Positions 39,401 through 49,600 of a DNA stretch of 64,000 nucleotides are shown here, in pieces. The notes below the pieces were generated by a model. The model saw only the letters and a program-made list of their open reading frames with translations. It did not search any database and was not told the origin of the DNA. Position numbers and translations under genes: made by a program. Each line of letters opens with the position of its first letter. Within the stretch, counting starts at the first letter, position 1. Source of the DNA: Monocercomonoides exilis PA203 (lineage: Eukaryota; Protista; Preaxostyla); the NCBI GenBank assembly GCA_001643675.2, contig LSRY02000047.1:558001-622000 (forward strand), given 5' to 3'.

Positions 39401-39653
39401 GAATTGCATTTTCATCTGCATCTTTGCTTTCATAAACATCTTGTCGGTCAGAAATTTCAACAGAATTCAAAGCATTTCTTCCTATCACTCCTTCAATTAT
39501 AGTTGGACTATTTCGTGAAAAAACAGTAGAAAAATGCTCTGTATCAAAATTTTCTTCTGTTTCACTTTGTTGAGGAATTGAGTCATGAGAAAATCTGACT
39601 TCATCATCTTCATCATAAAAGTTGTCATGATCGAGTTTTTCTTGCAGGATCAT
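30453..39653 (-). CDS. Giant low-complexity/coiled-coil protein of unknown function (3,066 aa)
   Basis: A 9.2-kb uninterrupted ATG..TAA ORF with alternating poly-Ser, K/E-rich and acidic blocks. No recognisable catalytic motif. Confidence 0.85.
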   Translation of the reverse strand: MILQEKLDHDNFYDEDDEVRFSHDSIPQQSETEENFDTEHFSTVFSRNSPTIIEGVIGRNALNSVEISDRQDVYESKDADENAIRYHSLKDTDIFQLTDTALSAYNGLPLLSMNYVLINEHKSVNTPHLDAEQEEVHESTIFQSNDYLNDEKDIAQNASKIGDEGSVYEDNSQSAKEEKRTFKSPIEGIENDIAYDDVLLSPSLPSTINEEVRASSKNSQMVGKLEKEKNHEIHKSENRSNKGKDEYCEENENNDNYKRDYLQNNEGTTTKTIEDSTKRETFEHELKQNNEKKRLSQHRHSHSLHEQSDDSSHSPNAAQQSERYNPRFHEGRKKKHTSNSSPSFSPSSDSLRSRSRSSSSSAASSSSSPSSSESKRSTKKSQRRPSHKHSSASTDNSIATGNQSNKTHFNNASLPLPPPPPPPPSTSSSSSSSSSTISSTSTASFPSHPPPISPFFSSLPYSSTSSASLPSPFGYPSTPSYSYQHIQNQPQHFNSTSQPFQYPQLSIQANPSYQNGYYLPSSAMIPPPSSYSSSYPSSYPSPSSSATSAYAPSTSTLPLQYSPSFAQTNTQTAPFQPALPYSTLPQGSSITLNDAVSGGSYPHPTASLHSNSDRMPFQPHLPASHSVRSSYPSPHFTRHTHEDTKSPVFSEKSSVLSSSLSSSSSSTLSSSSSLSPSFSSADSKSALFELESTIQSLKSSLLSSSRPPHISSKAKKLSNSLNSSSLSGNETQLERTNKSLLLSLDASNTKAMEDSSTLLSDNSVSSESILSSASLSSSLSSTSSSSSSSSSSISSHLSPPQSPPSITPTKRRFTKITSKDEKPDKFDSFIESSTPFKQKAYFFDEMNDTHKTGEATDLSFTSHLLSTSELSSHLSLSSSSPSSSFSSSSLLSSSSSSSLLADTKQSSLLSSFASQLSEYSSLNDSSLFLSLSTLNKLISQIEGKKENETRKKNEKGGKGGKGGKGEKKKKKKKKMVKKEKEKDIDLKETELDEIQSEKKKKKKKKKARKQKQQQDEGNLSISEDFKKEETNKDDNISSAPSEGEKAIKTPEIEKNDVNQPKTSSSSLLPSISIEQSSISQNTHPTTSSEVPSVLSPPLHSMSSLAPSSSTSSTSSSFSTSSSSSPSPSSPSSLIPYPIQSHPDTNTQQITQNALRKSSLQSLLEKIAEIEAGKEKEKEKEKEREKEKEKNLTKKKQKLAENEKNIESNRNSKTYLGIMKLLRQSQQSDRKAKKTKKAENDEKKLKKGKEEFVSPDSEGRMKPSTLTASLSGAEMNKLKMSEKERSERENEEKNDRKGYLSQSPSKSTYSQPQSQKRHKSVSFSPDPLHLAERKGKMDLKLSSASPSKKHSASSKSVSPSKKNKIQKESKNKKSSKSPSKRKNSKNISQNSISNSPNRMNDQSASPFRLKEQQVKKKQKKTTKKADECENSTTKEKKKATKRNKNDTKSTENSSLSPSFHLQRGRKTKQTSSSSHFGSSSSSRSASSSSTSSASSSSSSSSSSSSSSSSSSSYSLSSSASRSPARSLRHRSSSPQTPSAFSKILISHSFPVVVEHSQPSSFPLDSSSSSSTSSTSSSSSSSSLYFGVSPSYSLDSEQLPVEEMRQNKREREEEREKDENGNESKHLKEKEGSSLVLFGQPVKSDTLPLPLLSAARSEKAEREKNKQSPKKKKKEENEDKIKEEEDDDDNEEEEEDEDIKLFHTKGREVKSILKKMHKEEEERLLKAEREALKGNSGAAADTLFDKYMTEFVNEERRKEEERERNRRREEEDEDLLLNGDEYLQETGLQFEVDWRKKEREEEAKRKKAERKKKNELKRKREERRKRRKKKEKAKTRSEQSVQTEKEKIEQKTEETQTGESTNDDEYDDISTPSFVGDMEYDDADDDIKEKKDEETQKEEETVHKQEAPANPLLVSQPALPQTPSTMTSSTTSLSSSSSSSSSNSSSDPQHRRLIVRMNYLPSLDQLRKMSLEELKSKDFRDKPLFGPNFTIEEEKEEEKGKEGEGKGKDGYSKVMEKLNKEFDENSKEKEKEKEKNKEKSRNGSKTVKVEVPNSSSSSSYSSRLSPLNDAQLLNVLSGGGNIFDRNELSNLGRMKYSTRSAKSSPLPSSSSSSSSSSTSSSSTSFTISPSDALKILPFVTISPSPYNIPKKRWSPYSSSSSSSSSSSSTTTTLTPSASSPPSPTLLTPRSETPTNSTSSSSFSLPSSSHASSLPPLPPPSSSNSLPIWSSSSSSSSSSSYSFPSSTSTSSSSSSPLFLSSSLSAELTRRISADPILSSLLERETQLREKVTLRAKEASRMDEVLNAMRNDLNSALKNSQFPVASISEIRRLDQEKMKGEEELKRLVEERAGKKEKEKEKEEADAKDGKEEENEANYEEYVDDFETFDDEKSNTMKTTRSSADKSMKGTKSEVGSVFPTGTYSYSSSSSASASASSSVNPSSSSAANSSVFLSLSEERAIERTVLAKRREMAIALLAAAEQREMEEREWKEIEKEREEVDRLVLVALGGEELARKMDVMLGKARKEDEMKRKEEREKEWSKQREIEKAFLDDVQKSHSNRLLHSGETTSVPHLTNISGSSSPPPHSPHSSSRAEQQKAQTLNTTRSSLPSVGEGYENDAFDSFRDSQDEDKASETMKANGGKQNGGKRKEEEEGDGVDSEWQDNENEQEGSFVDESMLKSTIQSKRELPRNESYSDDQWDTFEDEDKEEKEKEKEKSATNRIDEYSGEWDDEEGEDEDNHESQSNGKQVGSKASEAQSNRTSNSEEKSKGESSYEETSPRYEDDEFEDEDFNDNYKNDERNEEATNKSDKSGNKNAKKAEVKTVSQSALIGSNVKFDMDWDEEDEEEEEGGGEVRNENMQKQNEDEERDYEIERSNDRENWKGQQTSAKKGNNLEAHQTERKSDEDEGGEGEEEEEEEEEEEEEEEDSFDDFLKNIRKSQTKESQFAGRTEDFYEDEGEAPFQTRTSARGSPFPGALSSSQQGSISRSIAQPQLNSQPRSRSGSLSHSRSPSPFRTNSPSPFGAFTSANRNKMANRQPIRAVPAARPAYGISGNVKFGFDEEDDYNDED

Positions 39654-39868
39654 TGTTTGTTCTTTTTATAAATAATAAATACTATTATAATAAGCAAATG
39701 ATGTTTTTTAAAAGTTATCGTACCGTTTTTAAAAGAACAACTTTAATGATCAATTATTTAAAAATACCCATACCATCATGCAGTGTTCATAATTGTTGTT
39801 TTAGGATTTATAAACTAAATACTTCAAAAAAAATAACATTTGAATTGAGAATTAACACTTTGAATTTC

Positions 39869-40472
39869 TTAAAGTCCTCTGAGTTTTATTCCGAGTACCC
39901 GTTCCAGTTTTGTCAATATTGATTGGCTTGGTAAGCCTTTGCCTTGTTCATATTCATTGATAATTTTCACTGGCTCCGAAATCCTTGTTGCGAGTTGCGC
40001 CTGAGTCATTTTCAATTCACATCTTTTTCTTTGAATTGCAAGAGCTTGCTCTCTTGAAATTGTTGGAACTGTACAATAAAGTATAAAATTAAATTTTACA
40101 ACAATTATATTTCAAGCAATACACAAAAAATGCATACCTTTCATAGGCGCATCTCCAGAATCATCTTCAAGTTTTTTCCTGCTTATAACAGTTTCTTTTC
40201 CTCGAGAAGGCGCATTCGAAGCAGCAGTTGCTGAACAGAAATGTGAAAATGTTTGTAATATATGTATTGATATATGTATAACAGTTGCAAAACCTTTTTT
40301 CTTTGTTGATACCTGCATTCCTGCAGCGCGGGCTTTGATAATATCTTTTTCTTTCTTTTCAAATTTAGGCTCAACTGGTTTCTTTTTCACAATAGTAATT
40401 GGTTCCCAATCTAAACGAAATTCTATTATGCACGTTCGAATTGATAAAAAAATGTTTACCTTGATATGACAT
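39869..40472 (-). CDS. MBF1: Multiprotein bridging factor 1 (4 exons, 140 aa)
   Basis: Exons are 40472-40460, 40410-40294, 40230-40138 and 40068-39869, with three phase-1 GT..AG introns. The protein reads MSYQDWEPITIVKK ... KLED ... IQRKRCELKMTQAQLATRISEPVKIINEYEQGKGLP ... KLERVLGIKLRG, i.e. the MBF1 N-terminus plus an HTH_3 domain. Confidence 0.95.
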
Positions 40473-41265
40473 TTGGAAAATAAGACTATCTCCAAAGCAA
40501 AAATTATACCCATAACTTATCTTTATTTTATTAAAGATAGAAATAATGTATTTGTTCTATTTCATAAAGAATTGGTGTTGTCTTTTTCATCTTTTTTGTT
40601 GGCAATGGTCAAGAATTATAATAGATATTAATATGATAACTTTTTTTTAGCAAGAAATTCCATATTTATTTAATGTTCGTTCTGTTTCAAAAGAATTTAA
40701 ACAACAAATCCTCCTCATTGATTATCAAAAAATCAGAAAATATTTTATTTATTTATTTTTTGGTGAATGGGAACATAACGTACTATTCAAAAAATAACAC
40801 AAAGAAAGTTTTATTTCTAAAAAAAGCAAGACTAAATGAATACAAAGCAATCAATAAAATTGAAATATTTATTATCGACTCAAAATTCAAGTGATAAATA
40901 ATCGCCTTTTTCATCAAAAAATCAATGATCAAACCCTAATAATATTATTTCTCAAAATTTCTAATTAGGTTTAAGAGAGGATATTGGTTTCAATGTCTTC
41001 ACAGCGAGTGAATTAGGGTATAATATAAATTGAAATATGAACCTAAATTATTGAATAGGGTTTTATTTATCAAAAAAGATAAAAAAACAGGTGTTTTGTT
41101 AATTAAGAATATCAAAAATGGGTCACCTATTTTATTATTCGAATTAGACGAAATTTACCAGTAAAAATATCCCACAAGGACTTATTACTTATTTTGATAA
41201 CGAACATTTACGTTTTTAAAAGCATTTGGAACAGTACGTTTTGTTCCCACTTACCTATTTTTTAA

Positions 41266-41380
41266 TTCATTCATTTATTTACTTATTCATTTATTCATTT
41301 ATTCATTCATTTATTCATTTATTCATTCATTTATTTATTTATTTATTGATTTATTGATTTATTTATTTATTTTTATTTTA
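41266..41380. repeat. Compound (ATTC)/(ATTT)/(ATTG) tetranucleotide microsatellite
   Basis: Directly visible. Confidence 0.85.
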
Positions 41381-41889
41381 TTTTTTATTTTTTTCAAAAA
41401 AAAAAATATTTATTTTTTATTAAAAAATTTTTGGCAAAGAAAATAATCAGTTGTTTATAATTTAATCCCACAAATGCCTTAAAATGAAAATGTAAAAATT
41501 TCAATTTTTTCACAATATATAATTAATGAATGATATCCTTGAGTTTGAATTTCGAAATTATCAATTCCCATAAAAATATCTTATGAATAAATGTAAAATG
41601 AAAATAAGAATTTGATAGATATTTGAAGGTAATGGCTTTTAAAAACTGTTATACATCGATTAATATGGCTTTTATAGCACGATAATTGGAAAATGTATGC
41701 TCAAGCAAACGTTGAGGTTTGAATTTATTTAATAATATTTTTTTATTATTGTTCGTTAATAAAGATTGTATTACCAACATAAAATGCATAGTAAAGTCAC
41801 CTCAATAAAATGCTTTGTTTGAGTGAAGTTTACTCACGGGCAGAGCTCGACCGCTTTCTGGCAATCTTTGCTCGTTTTCTCCGTTTCCT

Positions 41890-43101
41890 GTGTCTGGAGA
41901 GCATTTGAGATATCGTATGCCGTCTGGCTTTTGTGAGGAACAAGCGAAATCTTCGACAAACAGCTGGGGAAGAGCTCCGAATGAATGGAACGAAAAAAGG
42001 CGTCTTCAATCGATCCCATCATTTCCAGCAGCCACAACGCCTCATTCGCATCCTGCACAATTCCATCTGCAAGCATCAATGCCAGCATCATCTTCCTCTT
42101 CAGCTGGATGGGGATATCATACGGCACATCCGATAGGCTCTGAGAACAGGCTGTCAAACAATGCTTGGGGTGAAAAGAGCATCTCGTCAAAAGGGAGAAG
42201 ACAGGCGAAAAGGAGCATCAGCACACTTGGAGTGAGGCAGTCTGCGCCGTTCTCTCTTTTTGACAGCAACAGAAGATGGGAGGGGCAAAGAAATTTGAGC
42301 GAGATGCATTCTTCTTCTTTTTCTTCTTCTGATTCGAATTCGGGTATTGCAGATAAAGGGAGCTTGGGAGCTGCAAAGAAGCCTGAGCCATCGTTTTCAG
42401 GGGATGCAAGCACGTTTTTTTGGAGAGTTCGCAAAGAGAGCGGGAAGGAGCAGAGCGATTTGGAGAGCGATCTGCTGGGGAAGTTTGGGAAATGGAGAGA
42501 AGGAGCCTCTCTGTCGCCTTCTTCGTGCACTCCGCCTGGATCGCCATCAGCAACACAGCCACACACATTCAGTGCAGCAAGTGTTCCTTCGAAAGAAATG
42601 GCAGATGACAGATGCGAAGAGAGCAGCAGATTTTCTGGGGATGAGTTTGATGCTTCTGCTCATCCAACGCTTCTGCGAGCACAATCAGAGTCAGGAAGCA
42701 AAGGGGATGCAAAGCGAGATTCTCGAGAGATAGCTGCAAAACAGGCATCACGAATGAAATTTGCTCAGAATTCTTCGGGTGGATTGAAAGATGAATCCGT
42801 GACAAATCGACAGGAAAAGGGTTCACAGGAAGATTGCACACATTCTCCTTTGGGTTGCAGGTCAAGTGGTTTGTGGCAGAATGGAAGTGGGATGAAAGGA
42901 AATCAGACCAGCAAAACCAGGAGATTTCATCAGAATGAAGAGCAGCGCAACTCTTTTTGGAAGTCCAAGGCAGACTCGAAATTGGTTCTTGTTGATTATT
43001 TCCGCGGCTTCCAACGAGCAAAAGTTCTTCTAGCCAAAACAAAGAAGCAGCGAAGAAAAGCCAAAGACTTTGCAAAGACGTTGAGAAGAGAGGTTCCATG
43101 A
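41890..43101 (+). CDS. Hypothetical S/K/G-rich ORF, possibly a gene fragment
   Basis: A 403-codon open frame in a GC-richer island, with the first ATG at 41917. No recognisable domain, and coding-like sequence continues past the stop. Confidence 0.4.
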   Translation: MSGEHLRYRMPSGFCEEQAKSSTNSWGRAPNEWNEKRRLQSIPSFPAATTPHSHPAQFHLQASMPASSSSSAGWGYHTAHPIGSENRLSNNAWGEKSISSKGRRQAKRSISTLGVRQSAPFSLFDSNRRWEGQRNLSEMHSSSFSSSDSNSGIADKGSLGAAKKPEPSFSGDASTFFWRVRKESGKEQSDLESDLLGKFGKWREGASLSPSSCTPPGSPSATQPHTFSAASVPSKEMADDRCEESSRFSGDEFDASAHPTLLRAQSESGSKGDAKRDSREIAAKQASRMKFAQNSSGGLKDESVTNRQEKGSQEDCTHSPLGCRSSGLWQNGSGMKGNQTSKTRRFHQNEEQRNSFWKSKADSKLVLVDYFRGFQRAKVLLAKTKKQRRKAKDFAKTLRREVP

Positions 43102-43692
43102 AAGAGGAAAAAAGGAATTCATAAGGGGAAAAAATGGAAAAAGCCAATGAATGGCATCTCTGTTTGGCAAAGAATTCTTGCATATTTGGAGATGCAATCA
43201 GAAAAGGAAGTGATGAAAAATCAATCAAAGAACATTTTTCGATATTAGCGCAAAGCCTCTGGAAATGGCATTTGACATTTATAAAGAAGATTTGACAGAG
43301 CTTGCCTTTCAAAAGGCAGAGATATAAAAGAAATACCGGAATTCGTTGATATTCTTATCATTGTTGGAATGAATAATTGTTTGCTTCTTTTTTTTTAATG
43401 ATTTATTCAACAGCTTTTAAAATCGCTTCATTTTGTTCTGATATTTTTGCTTTAAAGAACTTTGAAACGGAAAAAAATGAAAAGTTGAAGAATTATGATG
43501 AGCTCACTTATTTTTTGAAAGATTTCGCTTGGACGTGGAATGTCATTTCCAAATCTTCATTTTTCGATTTTTATCACATTGAAATTAGAAAATTTGCTAT
43601 CAAGCTCAACTGAATGTATAATTAATGCTTTCAAAAGTTGATCAGACCCGTTTCAGTTTTTCAGCTGAAGAATCTTGATTTTGAAAGTTCGC

Positions 43693-46600
43693 ATGAGATG
43701 GCAATGCTTTGTGCTGTATCTGGTGCAATCTTATTGCATCGCGCAGCAACACTCCCTTCAGTTGAATGAGCAGCTGAGCTCATCTGGATTATTGGAGCAA
43801 ATCGATCACCACAATTCACTCTATTCAAGTGGAAACTTTTGCAATAATGAGCGCAACTCATTTTTATTGCGTATCAAGAGTTCTGATTGGAGCGAGATGA
43901 AAGCAAGCGTTAAATTGAGGAATGCATCACTGGAAGTGAGAAAAGGGTGTTTCACTCCAAAAGAACAAGAACATGTTGTGCATCTGGAAGGAAAGTCTTT
44001 GCTTGTGCTGAATGACTGCAAGATCACTTTTTGTGGACGCTCACAAAAAAGCCTGATTTGCCACCAAGGTGGGAACATCCATTTGCGCGACATATCGTTT
44101 TGCTTTGCTGATTGTCACGCAATTTCAGTTCAACCAGTTGTTTTGTCACCAAGGGATCATTCGTCGGCTGTGGGTGATGGGAATCTGATTGTTGAGAAAT
44201 CGGCTTTTTCGTGTTTTGAGCTGAAGCAAGGGCCATTTTTGCACTCAGAAAGCATCTCTTCTGTTTCACTCACACAAACGCTCTTCTTCAACATCTCCAC
44301 TGCGGTAACAAACAGACAATCAAATATTTGCACAGAAAATGCCTTCACATCGACACTGAGCAACTGTGTGTTTTGCAATGTGGATGATGCGATCTATGGA
44401 AGAATTGTTGCTTCCATGAACAGCCAACAAGCACAGCTTTTCATAGCCAACTGCTCATTTGTGCGATGTTTCCATTCTTCGAATGCACGCAATGCATCGA
44501 GTCATGCTGTCATTTCGAGTTCAATCTCTTTCATCTCAACTGATTTTGAAAGTTGCTCAGGGGAAAACGGAGGGGCTATAACAGCAGACGACCGTCCATC
44601 ACTTGCTCTTTGTATTGTTGACTGCACATTCAAGAATTGCACAGCATCATCTAGAGCCGGAGCGATTTTTGTTAACTGTTCCATGTGTGTGCACATCAAG
44701 CAATCAAATTTCTCCGGAAATTCAGCATCAGATAGAGGTACAACTGAGTTTTTGAATGTCTCAACCGGATTCTATGTTGGAGATTGCCATTTTGAATTCG
44801 GGAAAACAACAAGTGGAAATCATGCTCTCATTGTAACAACATATATTGGGGCAACAAGCTGTGGATGTGTCTGCCCGAATGAGCCCTCCAGGCATTGCGC
44901 AAGCTCTTCAAGCTCTTTTTCATCAGGTATCACAGGATTTTCACTTAAAAAAGAACAAACTGAACGTATCATTCCTCAAAAAAGAAATGATGAAAAAGGG
45001 AGTCTGGTTGAAAGATGCTCTTTTCAATATGGCTTGGCAGCAAATGTCGGAGGAGCTGGATCGATTCAGGACAGCGGGAATCCTTTTTCAATGAGAGAAT
45101 GTGACTTTCAGCACAACAGAGCAAAAGGAAGCTACTTGGGATGTTTAGAATTAATTATAAAAAAAGATTCTTTTCTTCCAAGAACATGGTTATCTTTTTG
45201 CTTTTTTTACAACAATTCTGTTTCTGGAGGACTTGGAAATGATGTTTATTTAAATCACTTTTCAGAATACACTTTGACTTCGGAATTGCTTTTCAATTGT
45301 TTCACAACAGAGAAATCTGCAAAGAGCGTGAGTAATTCGACACATGATTTTTCTGATTGGTTTGGTGAAACTCTGATTGAAAGATATGTAAGCACATCTG
45401 GTTCAGACAATAAGAGCATGTGCGGGAAAAGTGAATCTGATTCATGCCTGACAATTGGATATGCCACCAGTCAATTTGTGAACTGGATGGACTGCGGCAT
45501 TCATCTTCTGAGAGGAAGATATGAACAAGAGGGAACAACGATTGAGGTGGGAGAGAAGAGGATTGGAATCAGAGGCAAAGGGAGAGCAGACACAACAATC
45601 AGCTCGCGACTTCTTGAGAATGGAAAAGAAGCGCTGTGGCTGGTGAATGAGGGACGACTGGCAATGGAAAGTCTGACTTTTGTGAGGGTGTGTGAAGAGG
45701 AGCGACATGAAATGCAGAGAATGGTTGTGTTGAAAACAGCAACTGGAGATGGGAGGATAGATTTGAATGATATGAGGATTGAAGGGGGAAAAGCAACAGA
45801 ATCGCTGAGCTTCAGTGCTCCTCTTCTGGAGGCAAAAGGAGGAAAGATGAGTCTGAACAACGTGGAATGCACATCAATGCGCTCTTCAGTTCCTCTTTTG
45901 TCTCTTTCAGAGGGAGGGTTGCTGGAGATGAATCTGTGCAACATCTGCAGCATCGAGTCAGTCGGTGACTGTCCGAGTGTTGTTGATGGATTGGCAACAA
46001 AGGGGATGATATCATGTTCTGAGTGTGTTTTTGAAGGATGTTTGGGAAGAATGAGTAAAAAAGGCGGATGCATGAAATTCACTGTGGATGCTGACAATGA
46101 AGCGATTTTGCTGAATGGCACTTCGTTTGATGGATGCGAAGCATCGACAGAGGTAGATGATGAAACAAAAAGTGGCAGAGGGGGTGGGATGTATTTGGAT
46201 GCAACACTCGGATCAGGGATAAGAATGATAGAACTTCAGTTTTCAGTAAACAAGGCAACATGTGGGCGAGACATCTATTTTGTGTGTGAGGATCTTCGGG
46301 TGAGTGTCACTCAGCTGATGTTTCCGTTTTGGAGCTCGATTGAGAACAAAGAGAATTCGCTGTTTGGGAGAGATGACCAGGTGGCAAGGGGATGTGATGT
46401 TGATCTGTTTGTGTTTCTTTCAGGATTTTTGGGGAAAGAAGTGTATGTTGGGCAGAGCGGAGAGGATGCAACATATTGTGGCCATGTGCTGTATCCATGC
46501 AAAACACTGGATGAGGGCATGAAGCATTTGGGCTCTGTTGAGGGAGATGGAAGAATTGTTGTGAAGGAAAATGGGGTTTGTGGAAAGCAGTTGAATATCT

Positions 46601-49600
46601 CTGGTGTGTCTGTGAAAGGAGTTGTGTCTTCGGAAACAGTTGGAATTGAGTTGCACGAATCACTGAGTGGGAGCGAAAAGGATGTGCTGGTGAGTGAAGC
46701 AGATGCAACTTGGGAAAGCGTGGATTTGCTACTTCCGAGCTCGTTCATATCTCCAGAAGGTGTGGAGTCGCTGCTGAATTCACGAGATGGAGTGCTGAAG
46801 ATGGATTCCTTTTCATTTTTGAGCTTGACACCTCAACAGAAGGTTGGGTTTTGCCTGGTCAAGGCAGATGGTGGTAGCGTTGAAATGATTAGTGTGAAAG
46901 TGATTGGGAAGCAGGGAGTTCTCTCATTTGCAAGTTCTCCGTTTGCCTGTTCGTCGAGTGTTGGGGAATGGAAGATGACGAAATGCCTTGTGGGAAACGT
47001 GAAGGTTGAAGGAGGGAGCATGCTGTGCATCGCTTATTCATCTCCGCAAAGCGAATGCAAGGTCTTGATGCAGAATTGCACGATCACTTCTGTTGAAAAC
47101 ACGAATGGCGAAGCGTGTGTGCTGAACACAATGTTGAATGTCCAGACAACAATGATTGTTGAGCTGGATGCTGTGGTGTTTGAGGGATGCAAATCAGCAA
47201 AGTCAGAAAGGGGAGGAGCATTGGGAATGAGCATGGGGTGTGGCAGCAGTTTGAAGGTGGTGAATGATTCACAGTTTGGAGGGTGTGAATGCAGTTCAGA
47301 GAGTGGGAAAGGAGGGGGAGTGTATGTTGAATGCAAAAGCGATGGTGAGGAGTATTTCTTTTCATCGGTTGTATTTGGAGACACAAACAAAGCGAAACAA
47401 GGGAAGAATGTGTTTGTGATGAGCGACAAGCTGAATTCGAGTGTGAGCATACTGCACTTTGGAAAATGGATCTGCACTTGGAAGGAGGAACAAAATGTGT
47501 TTGTGGGAAGTGATGAGCATTTTGGTGAGGGTGTGGATTTGAGTCTGTTTTTATTTGAGCATTTTGCACCAGAGATATGGGTATCTTCAGAAAATGGATA
47601 TGATGCGATTGGTTGTGGAGATAACAGAGTGATGTGTGGGACAGTTGGGTTTGGGATGGGACAGCTGTTAAGCGGTGAAAGTGAAGGAAGCCAGAAAACG
47701 CTCAGTTTGATGGATGAGAACTGGATGAAGGAAGAGATGGAGCTTGACGATCACCAGATTGAATCGGGATTGGAAAATGAGAAGACAGATCTTGTTGTGA
47801 GCTGTGAGGTGAGTGGGAGCAGAGAAGATGCTGTGCTTGTGAGCGGAAAAGGGAGGTTGAGGATGCTGAGCATATCGCTTGGATGTGCTCTTTCAGAGAG
47901 GAAAAGTGTGCTATTTGCAGTGAATCAGCAGAAAAGCGAACTGTGTGTTGAGAGATGTGATTTTGCAAAGCAGGATGGGGCATCAGGGATGAATTTTAAT
48001 CTGATTCGGCAGAGCTCGGGCAAAGTTGAAATAATCGGATGTGTGATTGATGAGTTGACGATGGGAGCTTCAGCTTTTGTTGTTGGTGGTGGTTCGTCAT
48101 ATTTTGGAATGAACGGGACAAAAGTGATGAAAGTGGAGTTTGAGGAAGGATGTGCGTTGGAGATTGAAGATGGAAGCAAACAGAATGGAGCAGAGGAGCT
48201 TGGAGTTGGGATTGAAGGGTGCACTTTCACTTCTGTTCAGCAGACAGGAGTGGAAGAAAAGAGAAAGCCCAGCATTGTTGACTCACATGTGTTGAGGAGC
48301 GGGTATTCTTTCGTCGTGCTGAACAGCTCGTTTGAAGGATGCAGCTCTGCAGAAGAGAGAGAAGGAGGAGTGCTGCATTGCGAGTATGAAAGAGGGATGA
48401 AGTTTGAGATCAAAGACTCGAATGGAACATCGTGCAGTGCAGTGAAAGGAAAAGGAGGGTTTTTGTTCTTGGACTGCCATGGGGAGGGAGAGCTTGGGTT
48501 TTTGCTGAACAACACGCTGTTCAGGAGCAACATGGCTGTGAAGGGGAGAGATGTGTTTGTTGTGTGCCACATGATAAGTGCACAGATCAACGAGGGACAG
48601 TTTGTGTTCCGGATGGATGAAGGTGTGTTCAACAGGACAGATGCTCTGTATGGGAGAGACTCGACGCTGGGGGAGGAGGACGAGGATATCAACCTGATTG
48701 GATATGTGCTGTTTTACCGATCGGACACAGTCTATGTTTCATCCGCAAAGTTTGACGAGACAAGGATGTGTGGGTCTGTTACTGCACCGTGCCGAACAGT
48801 GGATGTTGGGAATGAGCATGTTCAGGGGGATTATGACAGGAGGATACTGATTGAGGGATGTGTTCCAATTGAAGGGTGGATGCGAGCAGAGAATGTTGTG
48901 CTTCAGAGAAAAGGGAAAGGAGAAGGGATGGTTGTTCTGATGATTGGAGCAGAAGACGAAGCAGAAAGTGTGATCAGCTGCAGCGGAGATGTGATGCTTC
49001 AAGGGTTGAGTGTTGTATTTTCTGAGCAATCGCTGATTGGCAAGCAGTCGAGTGTTCTGTTGTGTGAAGAAAATGGAGAACTATCGGTTGCCTCGTGTTC
49101 ATTCGGGCAAATGAAAGTGGGTGAAGAGGGAAGTGGCAACAGGTTGAACATTCCTTTTTCGCTTGTGAAATGTGTTGGTGGAAATGTTTTGATGAGTTCT
49201 GTGAATATTGAAGGATTGGCATTTGAGAAGTCTGTTCTTGTGTTTTCGGAGGGATCTGCTTTGAAAGTGCTTGGCTTGAACTGCTTTGATGCTGTGCTTT
49301 GCAGGAGTTTTGTTGCATCAAGAGAATGCAAGATGACCCTTGATGGTATCAATATTTCAGGGATCATTGCTGAAGCATCGATTTTTGAGATGCAAGGTGT
49401 GAATGGGGAGGTGTCGATTGAAAAAATGGTGATGAAAAATGTTGAGCTGAGGAATGGAAGCATTGTTGATATTCAAGAAGCAAAACCCGAAAGAGAGCAA
49501 GAAGAGGAGAACAACGAGCCAGTTGCCATGATGAGTGTTTTTGAATATGCTAACATCACATCGAGTCACTCAGAATCGGCAGTCATTATGTGCAATGGAT

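Noticed and set aside
40931-41064. Isolated CCCTAA/TTAGGG-like words and a weak hairpin
   Set aside because: There is no tandem array, and such words are expected by chance in AT-rich DNA.
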